Assembly: GCA_025603075.1 (NCBI GenBank)
Contig: MU626368.1
Coordinates: 10,343-74,342 of the forward strand
Length of the DNA: 64,000 nucleotides
Reading direction: 5' to 3'
From: Neoconidiobolus thromboides FSU 785
Lineage: Eukaryota > Fungi > Entomophthoromycota
The notes under the pieces were generated by a model that did not search any database, had not been told where the DNA came from, and worked only from the letters and a program-made list of their open reading frames with translations. The translations under genes were made by a program, and so were the position numbers. Shown here one piece after another: positions 1-12,860 of this stretch. Numbering within the stretch: position 1 is the first letter of the stretch; each line of letters begins with the position of its first letter.

Positions 1-87
1 TTATTTAATTTCGTCCCATAATATAATATATCAATATTAATATCATTTTTCATATATTAGTGGTTTAATTTAAAAGCTAATGAAACA

Positions 88-979
88 ATGGAAATGAGAT
101 TTGAATCAAGTGGCTTAGGTGCTACCCAAATCAAATATTCCTTAGAGCAAAAATATTTCAATAAAAGATATGAAGAAACTATTGCTTTAGGGACAGAATT
201 TTTGAATAAAAAACATTTAACTCGAGTTTCTAATGGTAAAGAAGTGGTGGAAATATTAATTAAAGCTTATTTAAAGTTAAAACAATACGATATGGCATAT
301 AAGATGGTATTGGGATGGAAGGTAAATATTTTGATGTTTTTTAGCTGATATATTAAACTAAATTTATTTATTTCTATATTAAGGATGCTAATGATTTAGG
401 GCATCTGATTTTAAAAGGAATTGTTTTTAGTTTTAATGGGCTATTAAATGGTAATTACATTAATACTAGATTATTTTGTTTATTATTTACATTTAACTAA
501 TGCTTTAATTAGATGCAATTACTTGTTTTAAAAAATACGATCAAATACGACCTAATGATTATCAATTATATCAAAGGTTAAGTGAATGTTTTATTAACTG
601 GAAGAATATAAATAATAACGATAATAATAAACAAAAAGAAGGAAACAATCATATATATTTGATCTATAAATTAAGTTATAAAATCATGAAAACAAGCCAA
701 TGGAATATAGATGTAGACTTTATTAATCAACGTTATTTAAAAGAAGTAAAAAAAATTGAGGATAAATTAAAGGATTATAAGAATGTTTATTTGCCTGAGT
801 TGGAGTACTTTTTAAAACAAGGTATTATAACTGAAGAAAATATTGAATGGCTAAAGGAATTAATTGAAGCTGGACAAAAGATTGATTTAATTAAAATACA
901 ACAAAGGGAAGTCAAACCAGATATTAAACTAGATGAGGAAGAGGTTAATAGAAACGAAAGAAGTGTATTAACATTATAA
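88..979 (+). CDS. Hypothetical TPR-like helical protein (3 exons, approx. 88-321, 384-450, 513-979)
   Basis: GT-AG introns at 322-383 and 451-512 join the track ORFs into one frame (…YDMAYKMVLGWK-DANDLGHLILKGIVFSFNGLLN-DAITCFKKYDQIRPNDYQLYQRLSECF…). The pattern is TPR-like but no family is recognised. Confidence 0.6.
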
Positions 980-1069
980 ATAAATAGAATAAAATAATAA
1001 TAATATAAATAAAATATAGTATATGATATAGTTTTATTTTTATTTTTTATTTTCAGTGTTTTGGTATAT

Positions 1070-2780
1070 TTAAGGTTTAATAGTTAAACCAAGATCAATC
1101 AACTCCTTTTTAAGTTTTGGAATAGGTAATTCATCACGATGAAATATACCAGCAGCTAAACCAGCTTCAGGGCTTGGATTTAGTTGAAATAGTTGTTGAA
1201 AATGAGCTGAATTCCCTGCACCTGAAGAAGCAATAATAGGTAATTTTACATTATTTTTAACTAGTTGAATTAACTCTAAATCAAAACCAGAATTCGTACC
1301 ATCTCTATCAATAGAATTAACCATTAATTCACCAGCACCCATAACTTCACATGCTTTAATTAATTGAATTACATCTAGTTCAACACCTTCTCTACCGCCT
1401 TTTACAGTACATTGGAAATAACATGAAGTTTCTTTATTGGGTCCTAATTGTTTTGTTTTAATTATAGTATAATTATTACTGTTATTATAATCTTCAGTAA
1501 CATATACTCTTTTTGGATCCACCGATATAACAACTGCTTGTTTTCCATAAATTTGACTGATTTTTTCAATTGGGGAAGTATTATCTAATTGTTGATTATT
1601 TTTATAATAGTTCATAGCTGAAACAACTGCATCAGAGCCAATTGAAACTTTATCTGCACCATTACGAAAATAAATACCAGCAACATCAACAGCATCAATT
1701 ACTGTATTATTATAACTAAAATCTTTAATTCCTCCACCAACAGTTAGCGGAACAAATAATTTTTCACTTGCTAATTGTAATATTTTTAACATTGGTAAAT
1801 CATTTATTGGACAATTTTTAAAGGAAGTTATATTCAAAAAACAAATTTCATCTGCTCCTGCGTCATAATATTTTTTAGCAATTTCAACAGGCTGACCTAA
1901 ATTTCTTATACTATTACTTTCGTCTTTTTCTCGTACATCATATTGATCTCCTTTAGTAACTATTAATTCTCCAACTTCATTGGTTCTTACATCTAAACAA
2001 GCTACTATTCTTTTACTTAATAAATCAACATTTAAATCGATTTTTGGGGTTAATAGTATTTCATCAACAAATAAATCCTTCTTATTAGTTAAAAAAGCAT
2101 CTAAAAATTTCAATCCAAACTTGCCACTTTTTTCTGGATGAAATTGTACCCCAATAACATTTCCTTTACCTACGGCCGAAACAAAGTGCTCCCCTTTATA
2201 AACAGTACTACTTAAGATCCATTCTTTAGGACATGTATCGAATGGAATTGCATATGAATGAACAAAATAATAATAATTCTCCAAATTAAGTGATAATGGG
2301 GCTTCTCCTTCTTTTTCTTTTTTATGTAAATAAACTTGATTCCAACCCATATGAGGTACTGCTTTTATGGTATTATTAAAATACTGCGCTTTACTTGAAA
2401 TAATATCTAATCCTTTGAAGTCCTCTCCCTCTGAAGCTTCGGTTGAACCTTCAAATAAACATTGCATACCAACACAAATACCAAGGAATTTTTTATTTTG
2501 TTGAATATATTGTTTTAATGAATCATAATATCCTAATTCTCTTAAACTTTTCATAGCTAAACCAAAATTACCTACTCCTGGAAAAAGAATTTTCTAGAGA
2601 ATGAAAAAATAAAATTAGTTTGACTTAAATGGGTGTATAAATTGAACTTACATCCGCTTTAAAGAAATCTTCTTTACTTGTAATTGTTTTTATGGTATAA
2701 CCTAAGCTGCTAACGGCATTGATTAAAGAGCGTACATTCCCTGCGCCATAATCTAATAGATAGATGTTTTCTTCACTCAT
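1070..2780 (-). CDS. HIS7: Imidazole glycerol phosphate synthase, bifunctional HisH-HisF
   Basis: Exon 1 2780-2652 (MSEENIYLLDYGAGNVRSL), intron 2651-2594, exon 2 2593-1070. GATase motifs LFPGVGNFG, GICVGMQ, YFVHSY, QFHPEKSG; cyclase motifs RIVACLDVR, PLTVGGGI, GADKVSIGS, SIDRDGT. Confidence 0.97.
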
Positions 2781-4515
2781 TTTATTGTACTATCTTTTAA
2801 TTGTGTTCTATTTGTTTATTTTAAATACTCTTATTCTATAGATATGATTATTATTATTTATATACTCATTTTCAATTGATGACAGTTGATGACTGTTTTT
2901 TATTATGGATCTCATTGGTTAATGAGTAATTGTTGATAATTGGAGGATTAATTTAATTAGCTATCTTATTTAGAAAATTCACTTAAATCGGATCTTGGTA
3001 AACTTTAGATTAAACGGATAATTGAATTTTTCCCAAAAGTTAAGTTGAAGAAAGTTAAAATGAGTTTAGAATTCAATACTTTCAACCATGATGGATTATT
3101 GCTTAAAGATTTGAACAAAGAGTCAAAAGTTTACAATATAATAATGACAAAAAATAAAGGAAAATTGAATAAAGGAAAACACTGTAATTTTGAGCATAAA
3201 AAATCCATTCTATATCAATATTTCATTTTGTTTAGTTTTGCTTTTAAATATTAGTTAAAACTTTATAATAACTTGTTCAATATATTTTTTGAGATAGTCA
3301 ATGATAGCTTGAAAATACTGCTTATCTCAAAGCTGTGTCAAATTCCACTGGCACCAACTTCATGGGCAAAAAAGCTTAGGAAAATCAGAATGGTCCACCT
3401 ATTCTTTAACTATTTTAATGGACCTTAGTATTAATATTATTGTTTTAATATTAACTCTATATACAACTAAAGAAACAATTTGTATTTTTAAATAAAATAT
3501 TAAGCATCTTTTTTAACAATATAAAAATAAAAGGACTAAATTCTAAAGTGGTTTGTTTACGAGAGAGAAAGCTAAAGTATAATATGAGGCTGATGGGATA
3601 AGAAAGGGGAGGATAGGGGATGATCACTGGATTTAAACAAAGGTTAAATATTCAAAGTTTACAATCAATATATTCTTTTCGTTACTTATTATCACTTTAT
3701 ATTTCGCTTTGTTAATAGTAAGAAACTACTATAACTTATGATACAAAGGCTTCCAAACCCTTATAATGATCATATAATCAAAACTTACATTAAACAAATA
3801 GATAAAATATTGATTCCAAAATAAAATATTTACTAAATTTGTCAACTTTTATACTTGAAATTGATTTTTTTATTAATATTACTACTTTATTGAATAATTT
3901 ATAATAATTTAAATGGAACTTGATAAATTTAGTAATTGGATTCATTTTTCATTTATTAGTTCTTTTTTTATAACATTCTACTTCATATTGTTACTAAAGT
4001 ATTAAAGTCCGTATACAATACCATCCTATTATAACGTAGAAGCATTTTAACATGAATCATTCTATCACAATATGCAAGTACTTGAATACAATGATCGTTC
4101 TATATACCGTATAAAATTCAATTAAAATTCTGTAGACAAATCATTAAAAAGTATTAGACTAGTATTATAACTGAATATTATAATTAAGTTCAACTTTGAT
4201 AAGTTGACTACATAATATATACCTATAGATCTTAATATATAACACATACTAATGTTATCAAAAGTATTGCTTTCTCTATATAATGCAGCAACGCTTAATA
4301 AAATTGTGAGCATTCGATTTCATTGACATTTTGAAAATCAAGTGTAAAACTATAAAAAAAGGCACAATGAAGGTGCAACAACAATTTAATAGATTATGGA
4401 TAAAAAAGAACAATAGAAGTTAAGGTGGGGTTTTATAATTTAATTACCAATTATTAAAAAAAAGGAAGCGTCAAATTGAGAAAAAATTAATCCATTGTAA
4501 TAAAAAAACTAAAGT

Positions 4516-4797
4516 TTACATAACTGTACAACAAGAAGTGGCTTTGTTTGGATTAAATGGATCTACAGGCGCACTACCCCAAATTTGTGGAATGAGATAA
4601 TCTGGAGTTGTAGTAGCATACTTAATTAAGCTTTATAGACGGAATTAATAAATTTGAATTTAAATTATTCATTTTATATAAAAAACTTACGATTGACTAG
4701 CTTCAGACACTGGGATACGTGGTAAATCCAATTGCTGTCTTAAGTTGCGATTATTTTCAATTAGTTTTTTAAGTTTTTGTTCGCTCAAATGATTCAT
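4516..4797 (-). CDS. STE18: Heterotrimeric G-protein gamma subunit (73 aa, 2 exons)
   Basis: Not in ORF track. Exons 4797-4691 and 4630-4516 give MNHLSEQKLKKLIENNRNLRQQLDLPRIPVSEASQSLIKYATTTPDYLIPQIWGSAPVDPFNPNKATSCCTVM*: GGL-domain pattern plus C-terminal CAAX box. Confidence 0.93.
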
Positions 4798-5899
4798 GGT
4801 ATTTTAACAAAAGAGATTAAAGAATTGTTAGCTAGTTGTTTTATGCTAAAGCCTAACATTGAGCTAGCCATAGATTTTGGTTTTAAAGGGTGAAATGGCT
4901 CGGAAGAATAATTCCATATTGATTGGTAGATTCCAGTTCTCATTGCCATTCCGAGTCAACTTTAAAAGGTTTGATTGGTTGCTTAAGAATGCTTCATTCG
5001 TTTTGCCTTTTTTATCAAATTGGGTTTTATTTGTAGGCTTTCATTTTTTATGGTAGATCGATGTGATAAGTTATGATTTAATTTTTTGGGAGTATTTCAC
5101 CTGAGTTAACTAAATGTAGAACAACACTCCTTAAATAAGCTAAATCAATATAAGCAATATATAAAAAATAGGTTAATAATAAATAATTATAAAAATAAAT
5201 AGCTAATAGAGTTTGATATAAAGTAAATGTTATTTAATAATAGTTACGTTATTATTTAATTAAGGACTTCACATTTATTTATATGTTAAATGATTTAATT
5301 TGATAATTAAAATTTAACTATATATATAAATAACAATAATGAATTGGGAAACCTGTATAGTTGAAAATATAAAAAATATGACTATAATATTTTTATATTA
5401 AAATTATATCAAGCTGATAATAAATCAATTGGTTTTTTTATTAAACTTTAATCAAATCATTAATTTACTATCCGTTACTGCTTTTAATTTATTACTTTAA
5501 TTTATTACTTTAATTAATTAAAATGTCATTATACAATTTCGGGTTTTACATTATGAAGTAAGCTAATATGGACATATAATTAATTAAAAGTTATATATGT
5601 AAAAAATACTAGTGAACTAAAATAATATCATAGAATGATTTAACATATTTCCTTAATAAACTATAGTCATTTAAATATAATAGTAAAAAAATAACAATAC
5701 AGAGCATGGTAAGCACTATATCATTTGAACCATGTACTTTTAATCTATAAGAACATAAAAGCCACATTTTTGAAATCTATACTATTAGTATATCACTATC
5801 ATCATACTAGTTACACTTTTATGTTATAAAAATAAAAATAAACGTATAATTAGACATAGTTGAGTATGACAATAATTAAACAATTATAATATTTTAAAT

Positions 5900-6600
5900 T
5901 TATTTACCATTAACAAATAAATCCAAAAACTAAATAAAATTTGATTAATTACATAATAATTAATAACAAATTTTAAACTTACATTTTCATATCCAATTTG
6001 AATAACACCATCATTATCATTATCAAATCTACGGAAGGAATCAGTTAACATTCTTAAGGTAACGCAAAGTCTTATAAAAGTATCGAAAGTAGCTACATTA
6101 GGATCCATATTTTTTCTTTGGGCTTTACTTGCTATTTGAATTACATGATAATAATAACATAAAGAGCAAAAAATTACCATGTTTGTTAAATTTTTTAAGA
6201 CAAATTCTAATGATCCTATCTGATAAGTTAAAACCAAAAGTACGAAGAGCAGTGGTGAGTTCTTGAATATCGATAGTATTTGAATTATCCTTGTCGAAAC
6301 TACGGAAACATTGCTGCCATTCACCAATATACTGCCATAAAGATATAAATTCGTTGAAACCTATAGTACCACTTTGGTCCTGATCAAACATATCAATCAT
6401 CAACTTGATAGTTTCAATGTCAAATGGGGTCCAATCACCTTTATTTTTTAGATTAACAACTCTTCTTTTATTTTATTTATTATAATACCATTCACTAATG
6501 CTCTTTGTAATTCTTCAGCACATATTTGTCCCGATCGATCAGTATCTACAGATTGAAACCATTGTTGTAGTTGTGGGTTGTTGCTATTGTTATATGACAT
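5900..6600 (-). CDS. PEF1: Penta-EF-hand calcium-binding protein (peflin/ALG-2 family), multi-exon
   Basis: EF loops DTDRSGQICAEE, DQDQSGTIGFNE, DKDNSNTIDIQE and DNDNDGVIQIGYE; ALVNGDWTPF motif across an intron; last exon FLDLFVNGK*. Confidence 0.9.
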
Positions 6601-6796
6601 TTCTTATTAAAATTAAAATAAACTTTTAGTTTAAACGTTTCGAAGCTTAAAAATCATCATCAAATATCCATAATTTGGGCAAAGATTTTGTCTTTTTATT
6701 ATTTTTAATTGACCAATAAAACCACATTTTAGTTTAAATATTTCGATTTTCAAGATTTCAATTGATAGATTAGATTTTAAATCAATATAAAATAAA

Positions 6797-7309
6797 ATGG
6801 CATCACTTGGACAATGGGTACGTAAATTCAAATCCAGTTGGGATTTAAAACGTACATTTAATCAACTTTGGGTAATCAAAGATGTCAAGGGTGGTGTTTA
6901 TGTTGGTAAAGATGCCCTTGGTAATAGATATTATGAGGATAACGACGAAACTTGGGGTAACTTTATATTAAGCTTTAAATTTCATAAAAATTAATTTCAA
7001 TAGCTCGTCATCGCCATGTTGAGTACGCAGCTTATGACTATGATCCTAGTCAAGTACCTGCTAAATGGTAAAATAACTATTCTTTTATCACTATTTTTTA
7101 ATATCATTTTTCAAAATTTAAGGCGCAATTGGTTACATTTTACCAATTCAACAGTACCTAAACCAGACCAAGAATTAACACCAATGTACAAATGGGTCAC
7201 TACTAAACATGTAGAAAATGTCACAGGTACTCCAAAGGCATATAAGCCTTACTCAACAACTAAGTCTAAGTTTGAAAGTTGGGAACCCAAGGTTCAAGAA
7301 AGAGTTTAA
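6797..7309 (+). CDS. NDUFA12: NADH:ubiquinone oxidoreductase subunit NDUFA12 (B17.2), 3 exons
   Basis: Motifs VGKDALGNRYYE, R-x-VEY…YDPSQVPAKW-RNWLH and ENVTGTPKAYKPYSTTKSKFESWEP. Confidence 0.9.
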
Positions 7310-8038
7310 GCTAAACTTAATTAAAAAAAATTGTTAAATTATTTGTTTAAATCTTTTTTCTTGTCACTAAATGAGATGCAGGTTTTGAATTATCGCCTAT
7401 TTTGTTTTATTTTGAAATTGTTAATTTTTATATACTCTCATGTAATGCAAATTATTTATGGGATTTAAGTTAAAGAGTAATTTTAGTAGGAAGAAACTAG
7501 TAAATTTTCATGTGCTCTTCTTAAAATATATATATATTAGCTTTCACGCAACCTAAAAAGATATTATTTATTATCAAGTATAGCTTAAGCGATTATTTTA
7601 TCATAATACTCAATTGAGGTTCAACTTCCTCAACAAAAATAGCTTGCCAATTCTATTTATACATTCTTAAAAAATATCCCCATTATACAACACCTTAAGC
7701 TTATTGATTTACAATATTAAGTCATTAGTTAAATACAAATATAGCAAGAATATAAATGTTTTTTTTATACTTTCCAAACAATTCCTTAATACAGCTGTTA
7801 CAATTCTTTTATGACCTGACTAACTGTTTATTTACGATAAAAATTCATGTTAAAATTTCATCAAATATAAGGATCAAGGTCTAAAAAATGACTGTATAAA
7901 TAAGTTAATTACAAAAGCTATCGTTAAAAAAGTCACAGTAGAGTTGAACCATCAGTATAGAACAAAGATCATAAACCTCGTTTCAGTGGCATAAAAACCA
8001 AGAAATCAAAAAACCGAAAATCAACTTTTTAATAAAAA

Positions 8039-9018
8039 ATGAGCAACAACCCTTATCTCTCGAATCCATTTGCAGATAATGCCGAAGATCCATTCAAAGA
8101 TCCAAACCAAGACCACTCAAATTCAGGTCAGAACTTTTCACTAAGATCTAGTGAAGATTTAAACCCATATGAAAGCATACAGTTAAGTCAACATGAGGGA
8201 CGCGATTTAACCGATAGCACAGTAAGTCAAAGGGAGAGAGAGTTAGCAAATCGAGAAGCTGAGTTAGCAGCCCGAGAAAGGGAACTTGAGAATCAAAGGG
8301 AACATCTTAGAACAAGTGGGATCAAGCCTCCAAATTTCCCTTTTTTTTATCCAATTTATTATTTCAATATCAATGAAGAAATAGAAACTTCAAAGAGGCC
8401 GATAGTCACACGATTATATCAATCATGGTTAGCATTTTTGGCAGTATTGACTTTTAATTTTATAACTTCAATTGTATTTTGGGCTTCTAATCCACCAAAT
8501 TTGACTTCGGTTTCAAGTAACTTTTTTTCCGCATTATCCTATTTTTTAATATTCCCATTTCCTTCATTTTATTTATGGTATAGACCTATTTATAATGCTT
8601 TTATGAAAGAAAAAGCTTTGTATTTTTGTAAGTTTTTTAGGGTTATATTATATATTCGATTAATTTAATTAAATCTTTATAAATAGTTATCTATCTCATC
8701 TTCAATGCCTTCCATATACTATTCGTTATTTACATGGCTATAGGAATACCAGGAACTGGTTCTTGTGGAGCATTAAATTCAATCTATATTTTATCGGGTG
8801 GTAAAATATTTGCAGCAGTTTTTGGATTTATTTCAATGAGCTTATTTGCTATATTGGCTGTATTCAATACTTTACTCTTTTTTAGAGTTCATAGTCATTG
8901 TAAAGAAGTAGGTCATACATTTTCTGATGCTAAAGGAGAAGCTTTTACTTCAGCTGCTTCAAGTGATGTAGCTAGAAATGCCGCTGGAGAGTATGCTAGA
9001 CAAAGGTTTTCAGCATAG
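8039..9018 (+). CDS. Secretory carrier membrane protein (SCAMP family), 2 exons
   Basis: N-terminal NPF/DPF motifs, RERELANREAELAARERE coil, PPNFP…YFNINEEI, E-peptide LWYRPIYNAF, four TM segments, AIGIPGTGSCG. One intron near 8628-8685. Confidence 0.87.
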
Positions 9019-10099
9019 AATGGGAATTAAAAGTAAAAGATTTTAATTAAAGCAGGTTTTACTTAGTATATTAGATTTCTTTTATGTTACACATGATGTT
9101 TACAGTTATTTATTTTATGCCGTAGCGTATTTACTATCTATTAAATGTAAGTTAAGATTTATATCACATTGTACAGTACCCTAGAAGACAATCACAAAGG
9201 TTTGAGGATTTAGCTTTGAGTATTAATTCCTCGGCAAACTGGTAATTAAATTATTAATATTTTCTACATTTGGATCCATCCTATATGAAATAGTACATGT
9301 ATAAAATAAAATATTTTTTGTTTTTATACCCAACAAGATGCTAAGATTCAATCATACTTCGAAAGCAAGATAGCCTTTGGGCAATATTAAAAACCCTTAA
9401 AAATGAACAACTTCTGGCAATTACAGTCGCTATGAGGGAAGGACGAAAATTTAAGGGCCTTGCTAAGTAAACGCGTGTAAAATAAGATAAATAAGTTTTG
9501 CTTTTATGAATCTGTTATACAGTTTATTATTCATACTTGTGTAAAGTTTTAAATTAATTGAATCACTGTCTTTTGAGATATAAATGAAATAAAGTTTAAA
9601 TTTTAGAATGGTTTTACAAACAAAATAGTTAACTATTATGAAATGTCAAAGTTTATAGCATATATACTTTTTTATTCCAATTTATTGTATAGTATACAAA
9701 CAGTATACATTTCAAATCTAGTATCAATTATATTATTCATTATTAAGGTATGATTAAAGCTCAACATACAGTATGTTGAGGCAAAAGTTGAAACTTGTTT
9801 GAAGTTTTTATCAATAATAACTATATTTTAAGAATGGGTTATTTAATTAATATAAAGCTTTGTAAACAATTTAAAGCATATCTATATATTATATTTGTAT
9901 AATAATTTTAACTACATAACCCTTGGATATACACTGATTACAATAATTGCTTTAAGGGTTTGATAGGTTAATTGCTTTTATAAAAGCAGTCAATAAGTTC
10001 TAAAAAAAACTATCTTAAATGGTATATAGACAACGTTATAATTCTTAAAGATTATAACAGTGAACACTTCATTCTTTAGAAAAAAATTCAACACATTAT

Positions 10100-10357
10100 G
10101 CTTATTTCAGAAAAACATTTGAACAAATTGGTATAAAAAAATTTAAACAATAATTCTTAACAAAAGTGAGTAAAATAAAATATTTACTGGGAATCTTTAA
10201 TTCCTCCTGCTTTTGCTGAAAATTAGTATCAGAAAAACTTCAGTTCAATTTTTTTTGGAAAAAATGTGCTAAAAGTCTATTTAAAAAATAGTTCAAAAGC
10301 TTTGCTTGGCTTTAAAAAGGAAAGAAACAAAATTACTAAAACTGTGCCCCCCCTGTA
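10100..10357 (+). mobile_element. Putative decayed Tc1/mariner-like transposon 3' end
   Basis: Stop-riddled translation W-K-K…KK*FKSF…KGKKQNY* matches the spacing of Tc1 transposase C-termini (W-N-K…KLVKSM…KGGxTKY*). It is followed directly by AACTGTGCCCCCCCTG|TA, a Tc1-like terminus (reverse complement TA|CAGGGGGGGCACAGTT). Manual resemblance only. Confidence 0.35.
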
Positions 10358-10491
10358 CCAAAAGTTTGCTTGCTATTATTAAAGCCTTTGCTAAGAGGTT
10401 TGAACAGTTTAGAGTTCTTTTTAAGTGTTTATCAATAGCTTTGAAAAACTAGGTATTTTAGAAAATACATATTTTACCTTGAAAAAATTAC

Positions 10492-10588
10492 ACAGGAACG
10501 TCTTTTTTGATTTCATCGCTTTTTCCATTTTTTTAAGCACTATTGGGTAGAAAAAATGTTACAAACTCTCAAAAAAAGATATCCTCCT
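10492..10588 (+). mobile_element. Degenerate copy of ~100-bp TIR miniature element (MITE-like)
   Basis: Core TTTTAAGCACTATTGGGTAGAAAA. The 18-mer GTCTTTTTTGATTTCATC is the exact reverse complement of 58382-58399 in another copy. Confidence 0.65.
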
Positions 10589-12659
10589 ATGCAAAAGCTT
10601 TGGCCATTTTTGCTAATTAATATTTGAACTTCTTATCCATCAAAAAGTCTTTTTAGCTAATATCACAGGATTTATTTAAATCTTTGAAATACTAAACTAA
10701 ACAAACATAAACTTAGGTCCATATAAAAAGTTATGACATTAAACTGAATAAATAAATTAAAACTTCTCAGGATTATTAATAGTATATTAAAAGTATAAAT
10801 TATTAAAATCTAGATTAATGTAATTCATATATTTATGTAATATCTTCCTATTCCTATTCTTATCCTTTAATACACAACAACATGAGCGATTTAATTAATT
10901 AATAAATTTATTAACCTTTTATATCTCATTTCAAAAACTTATTTATAGATAATGTAAATGTTTGCTGTCAATCCATTGTACTAATCACTGATGGTTTTGC
11001 ATGCCTTTATTTACAGTAAAAAATTACTACTTTTAAACTTATTCATGTTATATACGGTTTTTTTATAAGAACGAGCGGTTTACTTAGTTGCTGATTTTTA
11101 CACCTTAAATTGTAACAAAGATAAGAGCTAAAGATGATCAAATACATTAAACTTTTACTAGTATCCTTTAAATTACCTTTAAAAAACATAAAAATAAGTG
11201 GTGAGCATATCTTATCTATCCATTGAATAACAATCTATTATATAAATTACTATTTCAAAACAAATAGGCTTAGATTTTTGGGAAATTATTCTGAAGTATG
11301 AGTTTTACAAAAAAACCAGCGTACAATTTATGTCCTTAGTTTTTCAAACTAATACTTTCTTTATATAAGATTAAATTTTAAACGACTATTAATTTATTTT
11401 TGAAAAATATAGCTATTTTGATATCTACAATTTATTATAGTTATTTTAGAATATATTATTTGATATTTAAAGCTTTTAGTTTACAATTAAATTTAATAAG
11501 TTTAAAATCCAAATTTTAATTTTAAACTAATTTTATCACACTTTTTATACACAAATAAAAGTGCACTTTAAATTCCAAGGAAAACACATCACTCATTACT
11601 TTTGTAATTAGCTTTTTTTGTAATAAGCCATGCATATAAAATATAAATATTGCTAGCTAATGTTTCAGTTTTAAAATAGGCTGACCCCTTTTTTCATGGT
11701 TATAAACCCTCAACACAAACATCCTCTTTAACTAATCTATTTATAAAAGCAGCATCGTTTCATCAATAAATTTTTTGATATATTAAACATCCTCTAATTA
11801 GTTCTTGTTATAAATCGCTAAATATTTGAATGCAAGATGATGCAAAGTGTTATTCTTTAATATCTATTTATTCTAAAGTATTCCTTAAATAAGCTTATAA
11901 TTGGTTATTAATGCAAAAGTTTTCTCAATTAGGGATTTAAGTTTATTCTTTTTTATGAAGGATGCTGTTTGGTGATGTAATGAGTTGAAAAAGTTGCCTT
12001 TTACACTTTGTATTTCAACTTTTTCACAAGTAAAAATGCTAAATATTTTGTTAAAACGAGCCAATTTTTCCGAAGGGGACCACATGGTCATATACCATAT
12101 TAATGTAACCAATGAGTGGCCAAATCAAACAAATTAAAAACAAATTAAAAATTAGAGTGCAATCAAAGTCGTATATACCATAATAGGATCAAGATTCTTA
12201 GAAATTATGAAATTTTTTATACTTTGATACAGGAAATTAAGAATCTCTTTCTCTCAGCTTATAATTTTTGTTTAACGTTGATTTAATTTCCGTTTAAAAG
12301 TTGAAATGAGTGAGTAAGTTTTCTTTTTATAATTTTTAAATTTCAGTTACTTGATTGGTAAACTTAATCAATACCTCTTTTTATCCAATCATTTACCTCT
12401 TCTTTAATCAATTCTTATATCAACTCTTCTTTAATTTACCAATAATATAACACTTAATTTTAATAAGCCAATCAATAGATATCAATCCTTCATTTAACTG
12501 TTAATAGCTAACTACTTACCCCATATAACTTAACTCTAACATCCAACTATTATATATATCACCTAAATTCCAATTTATATACGCTTTAACTTCTTAATAG
12601 ATTTAAGATTCTTATTTATATTCTTAATATTTAATATTGTACTTTATTAATAATAACTA

Positions 12660-12860
12660 ATGCGTAGCCAACCTAGCCAAGAGTCATTGAACAGCTTAGA
12701 TATGGTGAACAAAGGGATAGAGGGATTGAGCATTGGGTCAAGTGTAGGGTTACCTATCGAACCACCATCACCCGACATGGTGATACCCGAATTTGCTTAC
12801 CGTCGTCGTAATGGGTTACATCCAGAAGAAGCAGAAAAGATTGAAATTAGTAACAAATAG
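12660..12860 (+). CDS. Isolated intronless 66-aa microprotein of unknown function
   Basis: ATG-to-TAG ORF visibly more GC-rich than several kb of flanks. It is preceded by a long pyrimidine-rich leader with CCAAT/ATTGG boxes. No known family recognised. Confidence 0.65.
   Translation: MRSQPSQESLNSLDMVNKGIEGLSIGSSVGLPIEPPSPDMVIPEFAYRRRNGLHPEEAEKIEISNK

Noticed and set aside
3009-4350. Track ORFs 3045-3254 (+) and 4122-4313 (-), plus other short coding-like stretches between HIS7 and G-gamma
   Set aside because: No consistent start, splice path or recognisable motif; at most decayed relics.
11500-12112. Minus-strand ORF 11885-12112 and downstream frame
   Set aside because: The continuation has many stops of all three types and no recognisable family, so it cannot be supported as a gene.
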